A stretch of 34,028 bases of DNA, taken from contig CACYDD010000087.1 of the NCBI GenBank assembly GCA_902773065.1, positions 1 through 34,028 on the forward strand, read 5' to 3'. The position numbers and the translations under genes are program-made. The notes under the pieces were generated by a model. That model saw nothing but the letters and a program-made list of their open reading frames with translations, made no database searches and was not told the origin of the DNA. Below, one piece after another: positions 15,314-22,206 of the stretch. Positions within the stretch are counted from its first letter, which is position 1; each line of letters starts with the position of its first letter. The stretch comes from an uncultured Ruminococcus sp. (GTDB lineage Bacteria; Bacillota; Clostridia; Oscillospirales; Acutalibacteraceae).

Positions 15314-15361
15314 ATGGGTTATTATTTTCAGCATTGGCTCAGATGGATTTTTGGTTATTGA
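15314..15361 (+). CDS. candidate 15-aa aromatic mini-ORF (MGYYFQHWLRWIFGY); coding status unproven
   Basis: The ATG at 15314 has AAGGAAG 8 nt upstream (15299..15305) and the TGA is at 15359. A 12-bp hairpin follows 5 nt later. The ORF lies between the LytTR/HK operon and the XRE gene, on the strand opposite to both. Confidence 0.25.
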   Translation: MGYYFQHWLRWIFGY

Positions 15362-15366
15362 GTTAT

Positions 15367-15394
15367 AAGCGGTTTACCGAAAGGTAAATCGCTT
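15367..15394. terminator. stem-loop shared by the XRE gene 3' end and the mini-ORF
   Basis: The stem pairs aagcggtttacc with ggtaaatcgctt (12 bp, one G-U) around a GAAA loop. It is followed on the + strand by TATGCATTTTT and overlaps the XRE stop codon by 1 nt. Confidence 0.4.
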
Positions 15395-15726
15395 TATGCA
15401 TTTTTAAAATGTTCCTGGGCGCATGATAACAGACTGATCAGCAGATCGATCTTATCTTTAGGCCAGCTTCTGATAATTGCAGATACTTCGGAATTGACGG
15501 AATCGTCGGGTCTGATCACATTGTCTGAAATCAGTAAGGCAACATCTGTATCAAGAACACATGCCATTTCATCAAGACGGTGAAGAGAGGCTTTGGCAAT
15601 GCCGCGTTCCACCTGACTGACATAGCTTTCTGATACGCCTAATAATTCAGAAAAATCAGCTTGTGTCAGCCCTTTTCTTTTTCTGTAAAGACCAATTCTT
15701 CGGCCGATTGCTCTATAATCTATCAT
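15394..15726 (-). CDS. XRE-family helix-turn-helix transcriptional regulator
   Basis: The 110-aa ORF has the HTH_3 motif RKRKGLTQADFSELLGVSESYVSQVERG. Confidence 0.85.
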   Translation of the reverse strand: MIDYRAIGRRIGLYRKRKGLTQADFSELLGVSESYVSQVERGIAKASLHRLDEMACVLDTDVALLISDNVIRPDDSVNSEVSAIIRSWPKDKIDLLISLLSCAQEHFKNA

Positions 15727-15749
15727 TCATTATCACCTACGTTAAGTAT

Positions 15750-15765
15750 AACAGCAATAGCTGTT
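15750..15765. promoter_or_regulatory. inverted repeat AACAGC-AATA-GCTGTT, candidate XRE operator inside the XRE promoter spacer
   Basis: Perfect 6-bp arms lie between a minus-strand -35-like TTAAAA and a -10 TATACT. A second palindrome, AGTTAA-GTG-TTAACT, is at 15784..15798. Confidence 0.35.
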
Positions 15766-15809
15766 GTTTTTAAGAAACTGTTTAGTTAAGTGTTAACTTA
15801 TTACTGCGG

Positions 15810-15837
15810 AATAAGCCTTTTCGGGCTTATTTTTTTG
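15810..15837 (+). terminator. plus-strand rho-independent terminator with no annotated upstream plus-strand gene
   Basis: The stem pairs aataagcc with ggcttatt around a ~6-nt loop and is followed by a run of seven T (15831..15837). The minus-strand version lacks a U-tract. Confidence 0.5.
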
Positions 15838-15994
15838 TAAAAAAATGTCATTCGCTCCGTTTTTTTGACAGATAACTCCTATTTATATAGAAATTCGCAA
15901 AAATACTTATCTACAATAAAGCTTAAACAAAAATTGGTTTTTAATGACGAAAATTGTGAATTATTTTTGGAAAACTGTGAAAGGATGACAAAGC

Positions 15995-17173
15995 ATGAGG
16001 GAATTGAAACCGGTCTCGGTGAAATTTTCGTTGGGTTGTAATGAGAAAATCGTTTTTTCATCATTGATGAAAACAGGAAGAATGCGGAAACCGGACAGCG
16101 GATGTGTGTCAGATATTATTTTTCTGGATCTGTATGTTGATGAAACCGGAATGATCCGCATCCCTGATGCTTATGAAAAAGAATGGACCGACAATATCAG
16201 GAAAATGCAGGAGATCGCATTAAAATGGAAAACGGCTGTTCGTCCGCAGATAAAAAAACTGGCAGAAATATTGCAGGATCAGTCAGAGCTTATCATGAAA
16301 AATCTGAACGATGTTATTACCATAACGGACAGCGTGATTCACAGTTTGAAAAATGGCAGAGAAACAGGAGAACTGTATTTTAAATTCAGAAAAAAAATCA
16401 TGGAACTGCTTTGTATGCTCAATACGCGGACAGAGTTTCTGAATGATTTTCAGATTTTACTGAATGATTACAGTTACCACCTGACAGAAGTAAATAAACA
16501 ACTTGAATCACTTTCACTGAGATCAGCCAATATGAACGAAGAACAGAAGCAGCAGTTTGATAAGATCAAAAATGATTTAAAAAACTATCAAAAATGCAGA
16601 AAATCTGCGATAGCCGATGCCTGTGTCAATGGTGTGATACCTTCGGCAAGGATCGTCGGAGGAACAATGAAGGTGTCTTTTCCTAACAAAACAGACATAT
16701 TCATAGGGGCAGCGTGTTTTTTCGGGGGTACAATTTCGGAAGCAGGAATGGGGATATCCACATTTGAAGCGGTCAGTCTGAAAAATAAGATCAGTGCGGT
16801 GAAGAAAACACAGACAAATTCAGAGAATGAAACAATGGTGAAAGCAATCATTGAAACGCAGTTCGGGATTCTGTCAGAACTGACCCGGAATCTGACAAAA
16901 AAGGTAAGGGCAGTGTGCGACGACCGGACCGGAGTGCTGTCTGCTGTCAGAAATATAGAAAGTGATGTACAGTCTGCCGAGGGGCAGCTGCTTCCCGATG
17001 AGTGGGCGGTCATACGGCATGATCTGACCGTTGTACAAACAGTTATGAAAATATTGGATATAGCAGTGTCAGAATTGGAAGGAAATACAAATATCTGCAC
17101 AGGATATCATCTGACGGGATGCAGAACACAGAAGGAAATGATCGGAAAATTAAAAGCTTTTGCCGGGATCTGA
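15995..17173 (+). CDS. hypothetical helical protein with one central hydrophobic Gly/Ala-rich hairpin; possible ClyA/HBL-like alpha-pore-forming toxin fold (inference)
   Basis: The 392-aa ORF has AAAGGA 9 nt upstream. Long K/E/L/I-rich helical segments flank DIFIGAACFFGGTISEAGMGISTFEAV (about 16697..16768). ALKWKTAVRPQIKKL resembles the W-x3-[IV]-x-P-x-[IL] segment I recall from the HBL/Nhe family. No signal peptide is evident. Confidence 0.6.
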   Translation: MRELKPVSVKFSLGCNEKIVFSSLMKTGRMRKPDSGCVSDIIFLDLYVDETGMIRIPDAYEKEWTDNIRKMQEIALKWKTAVRPQIKKLAEILQDQSELIMKNLNDVITITDSVIHSLKNGRETGELYFKFRKKIMELLCMLNTRTEFLNDFQILLNDYSYHLTEVNKQLESLSLRSANMNEEQKQQFDKIKNDLKNYQKCRKSAIADACVNGVIPSARIVGGTMKVSFPNKTDIFIGAACFFGGTISEAGMGISTFEAVSLKNKISAVKKTQTNSENETMVKAIIETQFGILSELTRNLTKKVRAVCDDRTGVLSAVRNIESDVQSAEGQLLPDEWAVIRHDLTVVQTVMKILDIAVSELEGNTNICTGYHLTGCRTQKEMIGKLKAFAGI

Positions 17174-17276
17174 TATAATATATCAGAAATAACAATATTA
17201 AAATTACCAATAAAAAATTTCCACTTGGCGGTTCATTTTGTACGCATTGAAAGAAAGTGCGGAAATTGACTAAAAA

Positions 17277-17330
17277 AGTCATATTTTGAGGATGATATGA
17301 CTTGACGTATCAGAATAAAAAATGTAAAAT
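17277..17330 (+). promoter_or_regulatory. promoter TTGACG-N17-TAAAAT with an overlapping 8-bp inverted repeat (candidate operator)
   Basis: The -35 is at 17302..17307 and the -10 at 17325..17330. The inverted repeat AGTCATAT (17277..17284) / ATATGACT (17295..17302) has a 10-nt spacer, and its right arm touches the -35. Confidence 0.45.
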
Positions 17331-17385
17331 ACTGTTAGATAATGTAAGTCAACAAATTTTATATTGTTAAACGGAGATGTGTAAA

Positions 17386-18654
17386 ATGAATACATCAGTT
17401 TTTGAAAGCTATGAATCCGAAGTCCGCTCTTATTGCAGACATTTTCCGACTGTGTTTAAACAGTCCTCGGGTTCGTTTTTTATTGATGAGGAAGGAACAA
17501 AGTATATCGACTTTTTCTGTGGTGCAGGTGCAGCAAACTATGGTCACAATAACCCTGTCATCAAGAAAAAACTGATCGAATATCTTGAAAATGACGGTAT
17601 TATTCACGCACTGGATATGTATACCGTTGCCAAAAGAGAGTTTATCGAAACCTTTGAAGAAAAGGTCATGAAACCAAGAGGACTTGATTATAAGATCCAG
17701 TTCCCCGGTCCGACAGGTACTAATGCCAACGAAGCAGCCCTCAAGCTTGCAAGAAAAGTCAAAAAACGCACAAATGTGTTTGCACTTATGGGTGCTTTCC
17801 ACGGCATGACACTTGGTTCACTTGCTCTGACCACCGACAAGGCTTCAAGAAAGGGGGCAGGTGTTCCGCTTGATAATGTGACATTCATTCCTGCACCGTA
17901 TATGTTCCCCGAACTTGATACGGTGGAATATATGCAGAGAATGCTGGATGATGACCACAGCGGTATCGAAAAGCCTGCCGCACTGTTCATTGAAACGGTT
18001 CAGGCAGAGGGCGGTATCATGGTGTTTGAGGCACAGTGGCTGAAGCGTATCAGACAATTCTGCGATGACAATGATATTCTTCTGGTTGTGGATGATGTTC
18101 AGGTCGGCTGCTGCCGCAGCGGTACATTCTTCTCGTTTGAAAGAGCAGGGATTCAGCCCGATATCGTAACGATGTCAAAATCGATCGGCGGTTACGGACT
18201 GCCGCTTGCTGTGACTCTGATCAAACCTGAGCTTGATATCTGGACACCCGGCGAGCATAACGGCACATTCCGCGGAAATCAGATGGCGTTCGTTGCTGCG
18301 AAAGCAGGTCTTGACTTTATGCTTGAAAATAAGATCGAGGACGGCGTAAAGGCAAAGGGCGAAGTCGTAAAGAAGTATATTGAAGAGGAAATTCTTCCGC
18401 TTGACAGCCGCCTTGCAGTCAGAGGGATCGGACTGATCTGGGGAATTGATTTTGACAAAATTCCTGTCAAGGGTCTTGCTGACAAAGTAGAGATGAGATG
18501 CTTTGACAAGAAAATGATCATTGAAGGTGCAGGCAGAAACAACTGTGTTGTAAAGATCATGCCGCCGCTTACCATCTCCGAGGACGAGCTGAAATACGGT
18601 CTTGCCATCGTAAAAGAGGCTGTACAGGAAGTACTTGCAGAAGTATCGGATTAA
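17386..18654 (+). CDS. diaminobutyrate--2-oxoglutarate transaminase-like class III aminotransferase (EctB/Dat type)
   Basis: The N-terminus FESYESEVRSYCRHFPTVF...YIDFFCGAGAANYGHNNP matches EctB/Dat as I recall it. The PLP-lysine region is TMSKSIGG. GGAG lies 9 nt upstream of the ATG at 17386; the track start 17377 has no spacing to the RBS. Confidence 0.8.
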   Translation: MNTSVFESYESEVRSYCRHFPTVFKQSSGSFFIDEEGTKYIDFFCGAGAANYGHNNPVIKKKLIEYLENDGIIHALDMYTVAKREFIETFEEKVMKPRGLDYKIQFPGPTGTNANEAALKLARKVKKRTNVFALMGAFHGMTLGSLALTTDKASRKGAGVPLDNVTFIPAPYMFPELDTVEYMQRMLDDDHSGIEKPAALFIETVQAEGGIMVFEAQWLKRIRQFCDDNDILLVVDDVQVGCCRSGTFFSFERAGIQPDIVTMSKSIGGYGLPLAVTLIKPELDIWTPGEHNGTFRGNQMAFVAAKAGLDFMLENKIEDGVKAKGEVVKKYIEEEILPLDSRLAVRGIGLIWGIDFDKIPVKGLADKVEMRCFDKKMIIEGAGRNNCVVKIMPPLTISEDELKYGLAIVKEAVQEVLAEVSD

Positions 18655-18728
18655 GGAAGTAACGCTCAGGCGGCAGAATTCAGGGGCGGACATATGTTGC
18701 CTTCTGCCTGAAAGAATGGGGGACGTTT

Positions 18729-19748
18729 ATGAAAATCGGTTATCTGACGAGAGTGCTCAGCGGTGTGCGGTTTAAAAAGATGCAGTCTGCTATTAATGAA
18801 GTACATGATAAATCCGGAAAAAATAAAATTGCGACCTTTTTTGATATGATCGGCTGCGGTCTGAAATACGGCGCGGGCTACAATGACTATATCATTTTTG
18901 AGTTCTATAATATGAACGCAAAGCAAAGAAAAACATATCTTACCAGACTCAAAAACAAGAGGATGATTTCAGAGCTTAACGATGAGAAATATTCCTATAT
19001 TTTTGACGAAAAGAATGTTTTTGACAAGAAATTTGCTGCGTTTACCGGAAGAGAGATTCATGACCTTGCCGATATTGATTTTGACGGTTTCAAGAAATTT
19101 ATCGAGGGAAAGGAATATATTTTCGCAAAGCCGTATATCGGTGAAAGCGGAAAGGGAATCGAAAAGCTTCATATTCCTGATTTTGCTTCTGCCGAGGAGC
19201 TTTACAAATATGTGACCAACCCTGAAAAGAATTTCGGCGTGATTGAGGAAGTGATCGTTCAGCATCCTCAGGCAGCAAAGATCTATCCGTATTCGCTGAA
19301 TTGTCTCAGAATTGTCACGCTGGTCAATAACGGAACGCCGTATATTCTGTATGCGGTATTCAAAATGGGCAACAACGGAAAGTTTGTTGATAACCTTGAA
19401 AACGGCGGACTGGCTTGTCATTTTGACCTTGACAAGGGTGAGATCACAGGCTGTGGGCATACTTCGGCACTGGTGAATTACGATGCTCATCCTGCCACAG
19501 GCATTAAGTTTGAAGGCTACAAGCTGCCGTATATGAAGGAAGTCAAGGAGCTGGTGAAAAAGGCTGCTCTTGTGATTCCTGAACACCGTTATGTCGGCTG
19601 GGATGTCTGCCTGACACCGAACGGTCCTGCGATCGTTGAGGGAAATGATTTCCCTGCTTATGATTTTCCGCAGCTGCCTGACGAGGGCAAGGAAAGAATC
19701 GGACTCATTCCCAAAATTGAAAGCTGCGGTTTCAAAGTAAGAAAATAG
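18729..19748 (+). CDS. sugar-transfer-associated ATP-grasp ligase (ATPgrasp_ST-like; assignment from memory)
   Basis: The 339-aa ORF has GGGGGA 5 nt upstream. The N-terminal block FFDMIGCGLKYGAGYNDYIIFEFYNMNAKQRKTYLT and the C-terminal block GWDVCLTPNGPAIVEGN fit that ATP-grasp family. Confidence 0.7.
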   Translation: MKIGYLTRVLSGVRFKKMQSAINEVHDKSGKNKIATFFDMIGCGLKYGAGYNDYIIFEFYNMNAKQRKTYLTRLKNKRMISELNDEKYSYIFDEKNVFDKKFAAFTGREIHDLADIDFDGFKKFIEGKEYIFAKPYIGESGKGIEKLHIPDFASAEELYKYVTNPEKNFGVIEEVIVQHPQAAKIYPYSLNCLRIVTLVNNGTPYILYAVFKMGNNGKFVDNLENGGLACHFDLDKGEITGCGHTSALVNYDAHPATGIKFEGYKLPYMKEVKELVKKAALVIPEHRYVGWDVCLTPNGPAIVEGNDFPAYDFPQLPDEGKERIGLIPKIESCGFKVRK

Positions 19749-19831
19749 CGGAGTGCCTCCGCAGTCAATTCGCGCAGTCGCTACCCTTCGGTCGCTCTGA
19801 AAGGGAAAGATTAATTTATTGCCGCGTTTCA
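19748..19831 (+). repeat. dispersed intergenic repeat, copy B (subfamily 1), starting in the stop codon of the ATP-grasp gene
   Basis: The hairpin gcggag tgc ctccgc (19748..19762) is followed by AGTCAATTCGCG, and later by ATTGCCGCGTTTCA (19818..19831). The first 20 nt are identical to the reverse complement of 25814..25833. Confidence 0.7.
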
Positions 19832-19873
19832 TATTTTGTGTTTGAAATGTGGTATGCAGTTATAAAAAATCAT

Positions 19874-19921
19874 CCCCGATTGTATGATATGGAACAGTAT
19901 CTGCAATCGGGGTTTTGTTTT
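19874..19921. terminator. bidirectional terminator between the ATP-grasp operon and the EF-G paralog
   Basis: A 9-bp stem pairs ccccgattg (19874..19882) with caatcgggg (19904..19912). TTTTGTTTT follows on the + strand and GATTTTTT on the - strand. Confidence 0.6.
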
Positions 19922-19926
19922 ATTTT

Positions 19927-21978
19927 TTATTCAGATTCGCTGATGACCTTCTGGGCAATGTGCTGGGGGGCTTCTTCATATCGCTCAAATTTGAAAGTAA
20001 AATATCCTCTGCCTTGTGTTGCCTGACGGATAAAGGTGGAGAAATCACTCATTTCTGCCTGCGGTGCTTCCGCTTCAATTTCCTGCATATTGTCGTCTGC
20101 CTGATTCATGCCGAGAACTCGTCCCCTGCGTTTGGTGATCTCGCCCATGATATCGCCCATGTTGTCGCTCGGAACAACAGCTTTCAGTGTTCCTACCGGC
20201 TCTAACAGTACAGGATTTGCTTTTGGCATACCATCCTTATAAGCAAGTGAAGCGGCTGTCTTGAATGACATTTCTGAAGAATCTACCGGATGATAAGAGC
20301 CGTCATAAAGCGTTGCTTTGAGTCCTACCACAGGATAACCTGCAAGCGGTCCTTTTGTGATACTGTCACGCAGACCCTTTTCAACAGCAGGGAAGAAGCC
20401 TTTCGGCACAGCTCCGCCGACAACCTTTTCGTCAAATTCCATGCCTTCACTGTCACACGGTGAGAATTCGATCCATACATCACCGAACTGACCGTGACCG
20501 CCTGTCTGCTTTTTATATCTGCCCTGAACCTTTACGCTCTTGCGAATGGTTTCTCTGTAGGCTACCTTTGGCTTGGATAGAACAACATCAACGCCGTATT
20601 TTGCTTTCAGCTTGGAAACAATCACATCAAGGTGCTGTTCGCCCATGCCGCTGATAATCATTTCATGTGTTTCATGGTTGGTTTCAAATTTAATGGTCGG
20701 GTCTTCTTCACTCAGACGCAGAACTCCCTGTGCGACTTTATCTTCCTCGCCCTTTGTCTTAGGGGAAATTGCCATAGAAAGCGACGGTTCGGGATATTCC
20801 ACACCGTCCAGTACGACCTTCCTCAATGGGGAACAAAGTGTATCTCCTGTATTAGCGGAAAGTTTTGCTGCCGCTCCGATATCTCCTGCGGCAATATAGG
20901 CGGTTTCTTCCAGCTTTTTGCCCTTGGCAATCATTACCTTTGATACCTTTTCGGCATTGCCTGTTCTCATATTGATCAGCTGTGTATCCGCACTGATTTT
21001 TCCAGAAACAACCTTGAAATAGGAAAGCTTACCCACAAACGGGTCGGCGATGGTTTTGAATACGACTGCCGCTGCTGCCGCATCCTCATTGACGCTCAGC
21101 TCTACAGGCTCGCCGTCAAGGTCAACTGCAAGCTCTGCAGCCTTATCTGCTGCACCCGGAGCAAGCCAGATCAGACCGTTGAGAAGCTGTTCCACGCCAT
21201 AAGTAAGAAGTGCATCGCCGCAGAATACAGGGCTGATACTGCCGTTCTTAACACCCTGGCTGACACCAACAATGATCTCTTCGGGGGTGAATTCTTCGCC
21301 TGAAAAATATTTCTCGAACATTTCATCACTTGTTTCGGCAACCGCCTCACAAATCGCTGTTCTCAGACCTTCCAGTCTGTCACCCATATCAGGGATCGGA
21401 ACATTGGTGATTTTTCCGTCAACATATTTATACGCTTTATATTCCAGCAGGTTGACATAGCAGTCTGCCTGACCGTCCACAATATACGGAACAACAACAG
21501 GACACACCGAAGGACCGAAAGAGGTTTTCAGGCTCTCGAAAACTCTGTAGAATCTTGCACTTTCATCACAAAGACCGTTAACAAAGAAAATTTTTGTCAG
21601 ACCTCTTTTATCAGCCGCTTTGGCTGCTTTTTCCGTTCCGACACTGACACCGTTCTTTCCTGATACGGTGATCAGTATGGAATCTGCTGCTCGTGCTGCC
21701 TCGCAAAGACCGCCCTCAAAATCGAAAAGACCGGGAGAGTCGATGAGATTGATTTTTTTGTTTTTCCATTCGATCGGTGCAATACAAGTCTGAACGGAAG
21801 TTTTGCGTTTGATCTCCTCAGCATCAAAATCGCAGATAGTGTTTCCGTCACTTACTTTTCCGAGTCTGTCCGAACCGCCGCACAGAAAAAGCATTGCCTC
21901 TGCAAGAGAGGTTTTACCCGAGCCGCTGTGACCTGCGACAGCGATGTTGAGAATATTTTTTGCGTTGTACTGTTTCAT
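19927..21978 (-). CDS. elongation factor G-family GTPase (EF-G paralog)
   Basis: The 683-aa ORF has a translational GTPase domain (GHSGSGKTSLAEAML, DSPG, NGLCDE in place of NKxD), followed by EF-G domains II-V (for example MGEQHLDV and YHPVDSSEMSFKTAA). Confidence 0.85.
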   Translation of the reverse strand: MKQYNAKNILNIAVAGHSGSGKTSLAEAMLFLCGGSDRLGKVSDGNTICDFDAEEIKRKTSVQTCIAPIEWKNKKINLIDSPGLFDFEGGLCEAARAADSILITVSGKNGVSVGTEKAAKAADKRGLTKIFFVNGLCDESARFYRVFESLKTSFGPSVCPVVVPYIVDGQADCYVNLLEYKAYKYVDGKITNVPIPDMGDRLEGLRTAICEAVAETSDEMFEKYFSGEEFTPEEIIVGVSQGVKNGSISPVFCGDALLTYGVEQLLNGLIWLAPGAADKAAELAVDLDGEPVELSVNEDAAAAAVVFKTIADPFVGKLSYFKVVSGKISADTQLINMRTGNAEKVSKVMIAKGKKLEETAYIAAGDIGAAAKLSANTGDTLCSPLRKVVLDGVEYPEPSLSMAISPKTKGEEDKVAQGVLRLSEEDPTIKFETNHETHEMIISGMGEQHLDVIVSKLKAKYGVDVVLSKPKVAYRETIRKSVKVQGRYKKQTGGHGQFGDVWIEFSPCDSEGMEFDEKVVGGAVPKGFFPAVEKGLRDSITKGPLAGYPVVGLKATLYDGSYHPVDSSEMSFKTAASLAYKDGMPKANPVLLEPVGTLKAVVPSDNMGDIMGEITKRRGRVLGMNQADDNMQEIEAEAPQAEMSDFSTFIRQATQGRGYFTFKFERYEEAPQHIAQKVISESE

Positions 21979-22147
21979 GTAATTAAAGTCCTCCTTTGTA
22001 ATTATAATATAAAATTAATCTACTGTACTATTAATTTTTAATCACTGTAACCAATTATATACCATGAATACCATAATTACAATAGGAAAAACAAGATTAT
22101 TTATATATTTTTATTAAAAATTTTGATGATAAATAATATATTGAATA

Positions 22148-22176
22148 TTGACGAAGTTCTTCAAAAACGATAAAAT
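22148..22176 (+). promoter_or_regulatory. promoter TTGACG-N17-TAAAAT for the 428-aa gene
   Basis: The -35 is at 22148..22153 and the -10 at 22171..22176, about 30 nt upstream of the ATG at 22207. Confidence 0.5.
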
Positions 22177-22206
22177 AGAAGAAATAGATAATAAAGGAGC
22201 AGAAAA

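Noticed and set aside
15394-15726. An Rgg/SHP- or RRNPP-type peptide-sensing regulator paired with the 15-aa mini-ORF.
   Set aside because: The XRE protein is only 110 aa, an HTH plus a short tail. It has no room for the TPR-like peptide-binding domain of Rgg, PlcR or PrgX regulators.
15879-16161. Minus-strand ORFs of 61 and 66 aa overlapping the start of the 392-aa gene.
   Set aside because: They have no RBS and overlap the promoter and 5' end of a longer, better-supported gene. They were treated as spurious.
18969-19832. A long antisense ORF (287 aa) opposite the ATP-grasp gene. Similar shadow ORFs occur at 1362..1928, 13326..13889, 16588..17100, 18175..18693, 30281..30793 and 33256..33792.
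   Set aside because: Each fully overlaps a strongly supported gene on the other strand. They lack RBSs and have low-complexity, R/C/F/I-rich composition typical of antisense frames.
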